A DNA stretch of 64,000 nt from Mobula hypostoma (lineage: Eukaryota). Within the stretch, counting starts at the first letter, position 1; each line of letters starts with the position of its first letter. The DNA lies in NCBI RefSeq assembly GCF_963921235.1, contig NC_086108.1, positions 47,866,001 to 47,930,000 on the forward strand. The letters are read 5' to 3'. The notes under the pieces are model-generated. The model searched no databases. It was not told the DNA's origin and saw only the letters and a list, made by a program, of their open reading frames with translations. The position numbers and the translations under genes were made by a program. Of the stretch, positions 1-12,854 are shown piece after piece.

Positions 1-362
1 GTTGTAAATTTACCAGATTGGCTGTTTATTTTCAGGTTCAGATAGTGCCTTGATAGTTTTGTACATTGCTCACTGAATTATGGATGCTTTGTTTTAGTTC
101 AGTTTGTTTTGTATGTAGCCCTGTTAACACGGCAGTATTGCTTAACAGCACGATAGGGGGTGAAGTTTGATTCATGGCGGAATCATGCACTTGCCCAATC
201 CCTCACCAAAACTGGCATGGATAGGTGCCTCAATGACAGATAAGTTGGTTAAGATGGGGGCAAAGAGAGGGTTAGCAACTTTAAATTATTCGGTGTCATC
301 ATTTCAGGTTCCTGCACATAAGTGCCTTTACAAAGAAAGCATGACAGTGCCTCTGCATTCTT

Positions 363-822
363 AGAAGTTTGCACAGATTTGTGATGTCATCTAAAACTTT
401 GACAACCTTCTTTGAGTGTGCAGTGGAGAGTATATTGACTGGTTGCACCATGGCCTTGTATGGAAACACTAATGCCCTTGAGCAGAAAAGCCTGCAAAAA
501 GTAGTGGATATAACCTAGTTCATCACGGGTAAAACCCTCCACCACTGAGCACATCTATATGGAGCACTGTTACAGGAAAGTAGCATCCATCATCAAGGAC
601 CCCCATCATCCAGGGCCTGCTCTCTTCTTGCTGCTGCCATCAAACAAAGCGGTACAGGAGTGTCAGGACCGGAATACCAGGTTTAAGAATAGTTATTAAC
701 CTTCAGTCATCAGGCTCTTGAACAAAAGTTGAATATTTATTATTATTATTATTACTTTTTTATTTGTATTTACTTTGAATATGGTGACATATACACACTT
801 TGATAGTAAATTTACTTTGAAC
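363..822 (+). mobile_element. Rex1/Babar-like LINE, decayed 3' fragment
   Basis: Translates to the Rex1 C-terminal pattern (VESILTGC..YGN...LQKVV...HPGPALF.LLPS) and ends in the family tail 'aaatttactttgaac'. Confidence 0.7.
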
Positions 823-1750
823 TATGAAGTATATGTGTAGATGAAAGATGGCCATATACTAAATTGAGTGGTAGCCTAAACTAAGGGAACAGTTGGATTG
901 TCAAAGTTGTTTTAAGGATTTAATAAAATGCACAAGAAACCTTCAATAGTTTGCATCACAAGCAAGAAAGTGTAAGTTAACATGACAATGGCTATGTGCA
1001 GGAATGAGTCCCTGTGTTAATCAATGGTTGCCACAGCTCCACCGCAGGTGTCAACATCATAAAGTATCAGAACTACAGATCGCTCTGTTGGTATTTTTCC
1101 ATGCGTTGGTCCTCTCCTTACCTGCCTCAAACTAGTCTGGAAACTGCGTCTTTCTGAATTCAGACATCTCAGTCACTTGTGATGGTTTTATGCCTCATAT
1201 CCTAGAGGGAACCTTGGAACCACCCACACCACCCCCCCCCCACCCTGTGCTGCTTCCAAGCATTGCTCAACTTGGAGGAGATCTGATTCATGATTCATGG
1301 ACTCAGGGAAAACAGTAAGTGATAATCAGCAGGAAGCATCCTTGGCCATATCTGGATATTTGTTTATGAACCTGAATTTTCATGTCATCACCCCCCATAT
1401 TCTCATCTCACATTAGCCGTATGCAGATATAGCCAGCTTCTGTAAGGCAGGCACATGCAGGCTCCTCCCAATATCCACACAGCTAACAGCAGTTATCTGC
1501 CATTCATTTATAACTCATCACCTGCAACCTATTTTAACCCAACTGTCATCTACTATCCTTATAAACCAGCTAACCTCAACCAGTTGCTCCTAGCATTCAG
1601 TTGCCTTGTTGCCTTTTACTATTAAGTATCTGCTTTCTTTCTTGTTTTGTGGCCCGTTGTGGCATGTTATCTGGCAGTTTATTATTAAAGTTATCACTCA
1701 CCACAGAATCATTTCCTCTGCTTGCATTTGGGTCAAGTCTCCTCTACATT

Positions 1751-2029
1751 ACTCAACTTCACTTGCCCCATCACTGAACTGTTCCCACAGCCTATGAACT
1801 CACTTTCAAGGTCTCTTCATCTCATTTTCTTGGTATTTATTGCTTATTTATTTTTTCTTTTGTATTTTCTTTTGTCTTCCACATTTGCTGTTTGCCTGTC
1901 CTGTTGGGTGTCGTCTTTAATTGTTTCTATCATGTTTCTTAGATTTATTGTGTATGCCAGCAAGAAAATGAATCTCAGGGTTGTATATGGTTACTTTGAT
2001 AATAAATTTAATTTGAACTTGAACTTTGA
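1751..2029 (+). mobile_element. LINE 3' tail (Rex1-type) inserted in the Gypsy 5' LTR
   Basis: ACATT duplicated at 1746-1750 and 2030-2034; (TTGAAC)n tail. The uninterrupted LTR copy at 33667-33956 lacks this segment. Confidence 0.75.
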
Positions 2030-2269
2030 ACATTTCCTGACAGGATGAGTGAACCAGTGATTGACCCAGCAGAGTCTGCTCACCTAAAGGAAGTCATCTG
2101 TTGACATGAGCACACAATCCCGAAGCAGCAGGAAACCACTTATCATCTGCTTGGCACTCTCTTCCATTCTCCAACCATGTGACAGTCAACTTCCTCCCCC
2201 CGAGACCCAAACACTTCAACAGATCCCCAGCCCCATGCTACAACTTCCCGTCCCAGAGTATTTTACACT

Positions 2270-2670
2270 TTGAGCTCCAGACATCTCTGTATGTTACAGA
2301 CTGAGCCAAGTTTGCCCTCATCATCTCATCCTTGACAGGGAGAGCTCTGACCCGGGCCACCACTAAATGGGACGATAAAATCACCATTTACAATAAATAT
2401 GAAAAATTCACCGTGTTTTCGACCATCCAGGAGGTGGAAGGTAACAGAAGTTCTGATGCTTCACCTGTTTCACAGCTCACGCTCGGTGCTGGATTACACC
2501 GTGGAATTCAGGACTTCTGCGATGGAGTGCAACTGAAATGTGGAGGGACTGTTGGTCCGTTACCATAATGGCCTCTTGGAGTGCTTGAAAGATGACCTAT
2601 CTACCCGGGAGATGCACACTGACCTCATAAGCCTTATCACTCTGGCCCTCTGATTTTAAAGATCATTAGA
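2270..2670 (+). pseudogene. Gypsy gag (retrotransposon gag/PEG10-like) remnant
   Basis: FELQ..Y.TD*AKFALIISSLTGRALTRATTKW and DYTVEFRT..ECN*N.EGLL.RYHNGL.ECLKDDL, with stops and frameshifts. Confidence 0.75.
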
Positions 2671-2749
2671 CAGAACACTGGTGGACGCACCTGCCATGAG
2701 CGCTGAGGCCATACTTCCCCAGTGAGGATCAGATGGAAAGACTCACCCT

Positions 2750-3017
2750 TGTGCCTTCTTCTCATGCATTCAACTCTACACAGTGCCATTATGGAGCAGG
2801 TGACAGGGAGCTACTCATCGTCAAATGGGACTTGGAGGATGGGAGAAATTGGCTGATTGGCTAGTCTGGACTGACCACCGGTACCTCATATCTATTCAAC
2901 AGGCCCTCTAACTGAAGTAGATCAGGCTTGTCGGCCCTCTTCTTCGAGCAATTCAACTTCACCATCTCCTACCGACCTGGTTCCAAGAACACCAAGGCAT
3001 GCACACTGTCACGACAG
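2750..3017 (+). pseudogene. Gypsy pol RNase H remnant
   Basis: CAFFS...GDRELLIVKWDLE...WTDH...[24 protein letters not shown]. Confidence 0.75.
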
Positions 3018-3184
3018 CTCGACCCAGCTTTCAGTTAGCTTGTTGCCTTGTTGTATTAAGTATCTGTTCTCTTTGTTTTGTGGCCTCTTGTGGCTTGTTA
3101 TTTTGCAGTTTATTATCAAAGTTATTACTCAACGGTGAATTGCCTCTGCTGCTCTGCCTTCGCCACACTTCCTGACAGCTTCCA

Positions 3185-6100
3185 GAGCTGAGGAATGATT
3201 TACTTTCTCTTTCAACCCCGTTTTCCTGCTTTCTCCCCATAACCTTTGACACTCTGACTAATCAAGAACCTATCAACCTACACTTTAAATATACCCAATG
3301 ACTAGGCCTCCACAGCCCTCTGTGGCAATGCTCACACACAGTTTCATCACCCTCCAACAGAAGAAATTCCTCCTCACCTGTGGGGTATGCCCTTCTATTC
3401 TGAGGCTGTGCTCTCTAGTCCTAGGCTCCCTCACTATTGGAAACATCTGTTCAATGTTCACCCTTATTTAGACCTTTCAATATATGATAGATTTCAATGA
3501 TATCCCCCTCATTCTTCCAAACTCCAGAGGATACAGGTCCAGAGCCATCAAGTACTTCTAATACATCAACATTTTCATAGACCTTCTCTAGACACTCTCC
3601 AGTCAGCACATACTTCCATATCTACGGGGTCCAAAACGACTCACAATACTCCACATGTGGTCTGACCAATGGCTTATAAAGCCTCAGCGTTACACCCTGG
3701 CTTTTATATTCTAGTCCTTTTGAAATGAACGCTAACTTTGTATTTACTTATTACTCAACCTCCAAGTTAACCTTTAATGAGTCCTGCACGAGTACTCCCA
3801 AGTTACTTCTCAATTTTTCATTTCATTCCTTGTTTAGAAAACAGCCTCTGCCTTTAATCCTTCTACCAAAGTGCAGACTTCTCTAACTGCATTCCCATCT
3901 GCCACTTCATTGTTCATTCCCCCAATCTATCCAAGCTCTTCCGCAAAGTCTCTGCATTCTGAACACTACCTGCCCCTCCACCTGTCCTTGTATCATTCAC
4001 AAATTTGGCCACAAAGCCATTAATTCCATCATCAGGTCATTAAATATGCTGTGAAAAGTTGCAGATCTAACACTGACCCCTCTGGAACTGCTCGTTACCA
4101 ACTTCTAACCAGAAAAGGCCACTTTATTTCCACTTTGTGCATTCTGCCTGTCAGCCAATCTTCTGTCCATGCTAGTATTTCTCCTGTAATACCATAGGTT
4201 TTTAAGTTGCTTCGCAGCCTCATGTGCAGCAGTTTGACAAAGGATTTCTGAGAAAAAGTAAACAATGTTCACTGACTCTCCTTTTATCTATTCTTAAAGA
4301 ACATACTGACTTCGGCCTATTTTATTGTGTGCCTCATAGTACTCCAGAACTTTATCCTTATTAATGGACTCTAACATCTTGCCAATCACTAAAGTCAGGC
4401 TAACTGGGCTATAATTTCCTGTCTTCTTCCTCCCCCGCACCCCCCGCCACCTCTTCTTAAGGAGTAGAGTGACGTTTGTGATTTTCCAGTCCTGAGCAAC
4501 TATTCCAGAATCTAGCTTTTCTTCAAAGATCACTACTGATGCCTCCACAATAGCTTCAGTGACCTCTTTCAGAACTCTGACTTGTAGTCCAATTGGTCCA
4601 GTTGACCTATCCACCTTCAGACCGATCAGTTTCCCAAGCACCTTCTCCTTAGTAATAGTGACTACGCTCACTCCTGCCTCCTGATACTCTCGAATTTCAG
4701 GCATACTGCTGGTGTCTTCCACAGTGAAAACTGATACAAGATACTTATTCAGTTTGTCTGTCCTTTCTTTGTCTCCTGTTACTACTTCTCCACCATCATT
4801 TTCCAGTGGACCGATGTCCACCCTTGCCTCTCTGTTACCCTATATATATCTGAAAAAACCTTCGGTGTCCCTTTATATTATTGGTTAGCTTAACTTCATA
4901 TTTCATCTTTTCTCTCCTTATTGCTATTTTAGTTGCCTTCTGTTTTTTTTTTAAAGTTTCCCAATCCTCAAGCTTCCCATTAGATTTTGCTATACTGTAT
5001 GCCTTCATGTTTTTTTTTGACTTCCCTTGTCAGCCACAGTTGTCTCATGCCCCCCACTTCGAATTCTTCTTCTTTATGATGATACAATCCTATGTTTTCC
5101 TAATTGCTGCCAGAAACTCCAGCCATTGCTGATCTAGCTTCATATCTGCTACTGAACTCTGCCAATCAACTTTGACCAGCTCTTCTCTCATGCTCCTTTA
5201 TTCAACTCTAGTGGTGATACAGCTGATTTTAGTTTCTCCCGCTCAAGCTGCAGGGTCAATATGATCACAGCCTCCTAAATGTTCCTTTACTTTAAGCTCC
5301 CTAATCAGTCTGGTTCATTGCACAACACCCAGTTCAGAATTGGCTTATCCCCAGTGGGCTCAACCATAAGCTGCTCTAAAAAGTAGCTCAGAGGCATTCT
5401 GCAAATTCCTTTTCTTGGAATACAGCACCAATCTGACTTCCCCAATCTACCCGATTATTAAAATCCCCAAATGACCAAAATAACATAGTTCTTTTTACAT
5501 ACCTTTTCTATCTCCTATTGTAATTTGTATGCCATTTCCTGGCTATGTTCAGATGTCTGTATTTAACTCCCATCAGGGTCATTTCACTCCTGCGGTTTGT
5601 TAACACCTCCCACAGGGATTCTACATCTTTAGATCCTATGTCAAATCTAAGGATTTGATTTGATTTTTTACCAACAAAACCATCCCATCCCTCTGCTCAT
5701 CTACCTGTCCTTTTGATGCAATGTGTATCCTTTGATGTAAAGCCCCAGCTGTGATTTTTTTTCACCTACAACTCTGTGATGCCAACAACACCGTACCTGT
5801 CAATTTCTAACTGCACAGTCATCTACTTTATTTCATATACTGTATGCATTTATGTCTTAACACTCTCAGTCCTGTATTCATCACCCTTCTTTTCAATTTT
5901 GCCTCCATGTTGTCTGAAGTTGTATTCTTATCCCTTTCTAAATGTTTGTCTTATTCTTTATTCTGGAGATTTCAGTAACCTCTCATGCATGTTCCATCCC
6001 TTTTACTTTATCCATATTTTTCCAAACTGTTAAACCCACCTCCATGCTATTTAGTTCAAAGACCTTGTCATACAGTTCACCAGGATCCTGGTCCCAGCAC

Positions 6101-6470
6101 AGTTCAAATAAGCCCATTTCATTCGAACAGCTCCCTTCTTCCCAATGCTGGTGGCAATGTCCCACAAATACAAGCCCACTTCACTCACTAATCTGTCAAC
6201 CACACACTTCACTCTCTGCTCTTATTAATCCTGTGCCAATTTGCACACGGCTCAGAAAACAATCCAGAGATTATTATCTTTTTGTTTCTGTGTTTTAATT
6301 TATTCCCTAGCTGCTCAAATTTTTACTTGCAGAACATTTCTCCTTCTTCTTCCTATGCTGTTGGTACCCACATGGACTATGGCAATGTGATCTTGCACCT
6401 CCCATTCCGAGTTCCTCTGTAGGTCAGATGAGATGTCCTGAACCCAGGCATCAAGCAGACAACCACAACC
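3185..6470 (-). mobile_element. CR1 LINE, long decayed copy (ORF1 esterase remnant, APE, RT, 3' UTR)
   Basis: ORF 4294-4821 has CR1 ORF2 motifs (LNKY..SVFT.ED, DWK..NVT.L.KK, GNY.PVSLT). ORF1 SGNH-like 'VHVGTN' near 6360-6380. Same 3' UTR type as the copy at 49814. Confidence 0.85.
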
Positions 6471-6597
6471 TTGAGTCATATCCTTCCATTCTCTGCAAAT
6501 TCATGTGTCCATTTACCAAGCTCATAAATGTCACTGTCATATCTGCTTCCACCGTTTCCCTTGGCAGTCCATTCCAGGTACTTACCACTCTATGCTA

Positions 6598-6930
6598 CTG
6601 GGGACAGCACAGTATGCAGGTTAGCTGTTAGCATAGTACTTTACAGCGCCTGCGATTGATGTTCATTTTCCACTGCTGCCTGTAGGCGTTTGTACGTTCT
6701 CCTCGTGACCGCGTGGGTTTCCTCCAGGTGCATCAGATTCCTTCCACATTCCAAAGACCTACGAGTTAGTGTAGTAAGTTGTGGGCATAGTACGTTGGCC
6801 CTGGAAGCATGATGGTACTTGCGAGCTGCTCCAGCACGTCCTTGGATGGTGTGGGTCATTGACACAGATGATACACTTCACTGTATGTTTCAATGTTTCG
6901 ATGTACATGTGACAAATAATGCTAATCTTC
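6598..6930 (+). mobile_element. V-SINE-like tRNA-derived SINE
   Basis: V-domain 'tgtacgttctcctcgtgaccgcgtgggtttcctcc...ccacattccaaagac'; related copies at 38440, 55423 and about 20290-20545. Confidence 0.7.
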
Positions 6931-7004
6931 AGACTAATCTGTCATCTTTCCCTTTTCTCTCTCTATGTAAAAAACCCACACCTCTCACCTCTTAGGCATA
7001 GATG

Positions 7005-7570
7005 AGCTGCTGAAGGATTGGAGGACAGATAATGTTGTTCCATTGTTCAAGAGAGGCTCTAGGATTAAGTGGGAAATTATAGGCCTGTGAGCCTGATGTC
7101 AGTCATGGATATTCTAGAGGGGGAGGGATGACATTACTTACTAGCAGTGCTCAGAGTTGACATACTGGAGGGCTCATTTACTGAGGCTATATGGGTGGAA
7201 TTGAGGAACAGAAATGGATGACCAGGTTAATGGGATTATATTATAGATCTCACAGCTGTCTGAGATTTGGAGGAACAAATTTGATGAGAAAGAGCAAACA
7301 GTTGCAAGAAATATTGTTGTGATTGTTGGTGATTTTAAATTTCCAGATATTGACTGGAACTCCCAAATCATAAAGGGATTGAATGGGATAGAGTCTGTCA
7401 AATGATTTCAGCAAAGTTTCCTTAGTCAATATTTAAAGGTCCCAAAACAATACCGAATCTTCCCTTAGGGAACAAAACAGTGCAGTTGACAGAAGTGTTT
7501 GTTGGGGAACACTTTGGATCCAGTGATCAAAATTCCATTAGTTTAAAGATAATTAAGGAGAAGGATAGGG
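7005..7570 (+). mobile_element. CR1 ORF2 fragments (RT N-terminal and APE pieces, rearranged)
   Basis: DWRTDNVVPLFKRG..GNYRPVSL, followed by APE-like VGDF.FPDIDW and GEHFGSSDQNSI. Confidence 0.65.
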
Positions 7571-7783
7571 TGATATGCACCAGCTGCTCATTTGACCATC
7601 CACCTCCTGCTCCTGGGGCTTCATGTGACCCTGATCGGGGGGTGGGGTGGGGCTATGCAGGTGCTACACCTTGTCCAAAGGTGACTTGCAGGCTAGCAGA
7701 GGGAAGGAGTGACTTACACCTCCTTTGTAGAGGCATATCTCCACCCCGCCATCCTGTATATATATACAAACATATATATATAA

Positions 7784-8425
7784 GCCGTGCTTACTTACAT
7801 CCATTTTCACAAAGCTTTTGACTCCATTCACCGAGGTAAAATGCTGAAGATCCTGAAAGCTTGCGGAGTGCCAGACCATCCATTGAGAGCAATAGAGTCC
7901 AGCTATAGCAAAACCATGGCGAACGTTGTATCACCAGATGGAGAAACAGCAGTGTTTGAGCTCCTAGCTGGTGTGCTGCAAGGGGATACTCTGGCACCCT
8001 ACATCTTTATAATTGTCCTTGATTACACTCTACGTCAAGCTATCAAAGATCATGACAAGCTTGGTTTTACCATAAAACCAGGACGAACCAAAAGAGTCAG
8101 ACCAGTTACGCTCACTGATCTTGATTTTGCAGATGACATAGTCATGCTCTCTGACCAGATGGAGGAAGCACAGCAGCGATTGACAAAAATGGAAACTGAG
8201 TGCAATAAACTTGGACTTCACCTAAACACTAAAAAGACAGAGTACATGGCGCTTAACTGCAGCAAAGGTACTCTCAAGACCGTAAAGAATGATACCATTA
8301 AGAAAGTCTTTGACTACAAGTACCTCGGGTCAAGAATGATGAGATTGGAGAAGGACATAAAGATACGGAAGGCGCTGGCGTGGAGGGCTATGAATGACAT
8401 GAAGGAAATCTGGAAGTCAAACCTG

Positions 8426-8428
<3 letters not shown>
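7784..8428 (+). pseudogene. RTE-clade non-LTR reverse transcriptase fragment
   Basis: ORF 7787-8542: F.KAFDSIHR, GVLQGDTLAPYIFIIVLD, DLDFADD, GLHLNTKKTEYM, YKYLGS. Truncated at both ends. Confidence 0.85.
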
Positions 8429-8464
<36 letters not shown>

Positions 8465-8476
8465 GAGAGAGAGAAA
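8429..8476. repeat. (TG)n-(AG)n compound microsatellite
   Basis: Directly visible. Confidence 0.95.
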
Positions 8477-8649
8477 GAAGTTTCTTTACAAAACATCATA
8501 CAAACTATTTACTTATTGATACTCCAAGCTGAAAGTCTGTGAAGTAGTAGCATTAATAAGAAGCCACCACACCTCATGTATCTGCTAACCTATAAAATCA
8601 CTATACAGATGCATGCATGGCTTCCAAGAAAAGAGTTTGTAGCCTGGGG

Positions 8650-9530
8650 AAAAGTACACGCTCAGGACAACAAAGACTTCTTCGGGTTTTAATTCTTTTA
8701 TCGGTTTTCGATGTTTAAGTGCCAGAAGAGGGTCGCGAAACAAAACAAATGAATTTACAACCAGTTCTTGCCATTACAATCTCAGTTTAACTTTTGATTC
8801 ACACCCTTGTGTATGGACAGAATTGCGTATGCAGTATGAAAATACCAGAACTAATACGGTACAAATACGGTAGTGGCAATCCTGAAAGAACACAATGCAA
8901 ACATTAGAATCCCACCCACCCTGCATCTTATACATAACAGCGAAAAATGTAAGCAAATACATCTCATCTAAGATGTACACACATGCTGGACTTCCGAACA
9001 GAGACTAAACATTCACGTTACGCGGTTACATGCACAATCAGTCCTGATACAATGAAGTTAGACAAAAGGTACACTTTGGCACAACTTTTACAAGATATTG
9101 CCTGGTAGTTAAATTACAGGAAGCCTGACCTACTTGGATGGTGAGGAACTTTGCCCAAGCCACGCGATCCAGCGTTGAGTCATTCACTCGAGAAAATCTA
9201 AAGCATCCACATGTAAAATATGTCAAACTACCGATATTCTCAATTCGCCAGCAAGAGTAAATGAATTCACATGGATATGGTCAATTAATGCTCACCTTTC
9301 CTCACCATGCCCTGCACATTCTGGGAGCAACCCAATACCAGTGCCCTACCACGTCTTCAGCAGAAAGCAAAATGGTCTCCCCACTATCCCGTGCGTGTGT
9401 GATGACATCACCGTCTCCCTTAAAGGCACAGACAACTATTCTAGCATTACCCAGATGGATGCCTAAGTACACTTTTAACGATACTGAATAAGATCCAACG
9501 GTCACCCGGTTACAAGTATGTTCCACGTTT
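8650..9530. promoter_or_regulatory. CpG-retaining, promoter-like unique region with a candidate minus-strand first exon
   Basis: About 29 CpG in about 0.9 kb (hand count) versus a depleted background. CRE-like TGATGACATCA near 9400-9410; YY1-like CAAAATGG near 9368-9375. Minus strand reads GGC-ATG-GTGAGGAAAG|GTGAGC (ATG at 9308-9306). Confidence 0.45.
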
Positions 9531-10467
9531 AAAGATACATTGCAGTGCTAAATATCTTTAAAGTAGTTTCATTGGCAAAGCTGTTGAGGAATTGCTGGTT
9601 TTGAGAAAGATTGCTGGCCAGACATGAGGTGGAATGCTATTCTGGAATAGTGTGTTTGGGTTTCCACATCCACCCACCCACAATATTCCTTTCTAGAAGA
9701 CAGCTCCTAGACAACAATACTCTCCCCCAGTTTGAAAAAAAATTATATGAGAAAAAATTAGAGTAAAGCTGGAGCTTGCGACATCAAAATCCAAGTTGAA
9801 TTTATTGACATATGCACAAGTACGCAAATGGACAGGAGCAATGAAAATCTTACCTACAGCAGCATCACAGGTACTGTACATAGTATTCCAATCCAGCAGT
9901 GAGTCTACTGCCACAAGTCAAACTGAGAAACTGGCAAATGAGCTCATCCTTTGGAACAAAAAGGAATGGTAAATAAACAGGATACTATTTAGAGCAGAGG
10001 TCAAACAATGTTCACTTTCAAACACTAAGGTGGTAGTAGTTTGGCAACTTGGAGAAAGATGTATTGCCGAGAGGTCAGTGCAGAACTGGAGTCCAAGGTT
10101 AACTGGAAAACCAGACGGTGCTGCTGATGCTGTTTGTGAGATTGGGTGCAGCTCACCAATCAGGTTCTGGGGAAATTCCGTCACATTATGTGCATGTATC
10201 CTTCAGTAATCCTGGGAATGGAGAGCGAACAAAGTGGATTGGAGGGGAGCATATCCAAGATGGCAATGTTTTTTGCTCAAGAAGGATTTTTGCTCAGCCA
10301 GATCAGGAAGCCTGAACAGAAATATGGGCTATGTATATTTCTCTCAGCTGATAAAAAAATTACTGGGTCTTCAACATTGTTAAGTATATAATTTCAGGCC
10401 TCTGATTTAAAAATAATGAGGCAACAGTCAGGTACTTATCCAAATGCCGAAATGTGTGAGTTACAAT

Positions 10468-12793
10468 GGAAACATGGAAACATAGAAACATAGAAAACCT
10501 ACAGTGCAATACAGGCCCTTCCACCCACAAAGCTGTGCCAAACATGTCCTTACCTGAGAATTTACCTAGGGTTACCCATAGCCCTCTATTTTTCTGAGCT
10601 CCATATACCTGTCCAGGAGTCTCTTAAAAGACCCTATCGTATCCGCCTCCACGACCGTCACTGGCAGCCCTTTCCACACACTCACCACTCTCTGTGTAAA
10701 AAACTTACTCCTGACAACTCCTCTATCTACTTCCAAGCACCTTAAAACTGTGTCTTCTCATGTTAGCCATTTCAGCCCTGGGAAAAAGCCTCTGACTATC
10801 CACACGATCAATGCCTCTCATCATCTTATACACCTCTGTCAGGTCACCTCTTATCCTCCGTTGCTCCAAGGAAAAATGTTCGAGTTCAATCAACCTATTC
10901 TCATAAGGCATACTCCCCAATCCAGGCAACATCCTTGTAAATCTCCTCTGCACCCTTTCTATGTTTTCCACATCCTTCTTGTAGTGAGGTGACCAGAACT
11001 GAGCACAGTACTCCAAGTGGGGTCTGACCAGGGCCCTATATAGCTGCAACATTACCCCTCAGCTCTTAAACTCAATCCTATGATTGATGAAGGCCAATGC
11101 ACCGTATGCTTTCTTAACCTGCGGCAGCAGCTTTGAGTGTTCTATGGACTTGGACCCCAAGATCCCTCTGATTTTCCACACTGCCAAGAGTCTTACCACT
11201 AATACTATATTCTGCCATCATATCTGAGCTACCAAACTGAACCACCTCACTCTTATCTGGGTTGAACTCCATCTGCCTCTTCTCAGCCCAGTTTTGCATC
11301 TTATCAATGTCCCGCTGTAACCTCTGACAGCCCTCCACACTATCTGCAACACCCCCAACTTTTGTGTCATCAGCAAATTTACAAACCCATCTCTCCACTT
11401 TCTCATCCAGGTAATTTATAAAAATCACGAAGAGTAGGGGTCCCAGAACAGATCCCTGAGGCACACCACTGGTGACCGACTTCCATGCAGAATATGACCC
11501 ATCTACAACCACCCTTTGCCTTCCGTGGGCAAGCCAGTTCTGGATCCACAAAGCAATGTCCCCTTGGATCCCATGCCTCCTTACTTTCTCAATAAGCATT
11601 GCATGAGATACCTTATCAAATGTCTGGCTGAAATCCATGTACACTTCATCTACTGCTCTACCTTCATCAATATGTTTAGTCACATCCTCAAAAGATTCAG
11701 TCATGCTTGTAAGGCACGACCTGCCGTTCACAAAGCCATGCTGACTATTCCTAATCATTTTATGCCTCTCCAAATGTTCATAAATTCTTCCTCTCAGGAT
11801 CTTCTCCATCAACTTACCAACCACTGAAATAAGACTGACTGGTCTATAATTTCCTGAGCTATCTCTACTCCCTTTCTTGAATAATGGAACAATATCCGCA
11901 GCCCTCCAATCCTCTGGAACCTCTCCCATCCCCATTGTTGATGCAAAGATTATTGCCAGAGGCTCAGTAATCTCCTCCCTCACCTCCTATAGTCGCCTGG
12001 GGTACATCTCATCCAGTCCTGGTAACTTACCCAACATGATGCTTTCCAAAAGCTCCACCACATCCTCTTTCTTAATATCTACATGCTCAAGCTTTTCAGT
12101 CCACTGTAAGTCATCCCTACAATCGCTAAGATCCTTTTTTGTAGTGAATACTGAAGCAAAGTATTCATTAAGTACGTCTGGTTCCATATACAATTTTATC
12201 TCCTCTGGTTGCATACACACTTTTCCAATGTCACACTTGATTGGTCCTATTCTCTCACGCCTTATCCTCTTGCTCTTCACATGCTTGTAGAATGCCTTGG
12301 GGTTTTTCTTAATCCTGTCCGCCAAGGTCTTCTCATGGCCTCTTCTGGCTCTCCTAATTTCTTCCTTAAGCTCCTTCCTGCTAGCCTTATAATTTTCTAG
12401 GTCTCTATCATTACCTAGTTTTTTGAACCTTTCATAAGCTCTTCTTTTGTTCTTGACTAGATTTACAACAGTCTTTGTACACCATGATTTCTGTACCTTA
12501 CCATCCTTTCCCTGTCTCATTGGAACGTACCTATGTAGAACTCCACGCAAATATCCCCAGAACATTTGCCACATTTCTTCCATACATTTCCCTGAGAACA
12601 TCTGTTCCCTGTTTATGCTTCCAAGTTCCTGCCTGATAGCCTCATATTACCCCTTACTCCAATTAAATGCTTTCCTAACTTGTCTGTTCCTATCCCTCTC
12701 CAATGCTATGGTAAAGGAGATAGAACTATGATCACTATCTCCAAAATAATCTCCCACTGAGAGACCTGACACCTGACCAGGTTCATTTCCCAA
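10468..12793 (-). mobile_element. CR1 LINE, 5'-truncated, relatively young
   Basis: ORFs 11987-12601, 11114-11983 and 10723-11052 give CR1 RT (GNYRPVSL, SGVPQGSVLGP, KFADDTK, LVRPHLEYC). Terminal (CTATGTTT)n repeat. Confidence 0.95.
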
Positions 12794-12854
12794 TTTGACC
12801 AAAATCTATTCTGAAACAGATCACACAGGATATTTAAAAGGATATCCTGCTGAA

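Larger units (their letters stand above)
1441..3177 (+). mobile_element. Ty3/Gypsy LTR retrotransposon, internally deleted and decayed
   Basis: TGT...ACA termini; 5-bp TSD GCTTC at 1436-1440 and 3178-3182. 5' LTR 1441-2042; its 3' part recurs at about 3030-3177. Internal gag and RNase H remnants. Confidence 0.85.

Noticed and set aside
7570..7756. HDV-like ribozyme in a GC-rich repeat next to the RTE fragment
   Set aside because: I could not assemble the P1/P1.1/P2/P3/P4 nested pseudoknot by eye.
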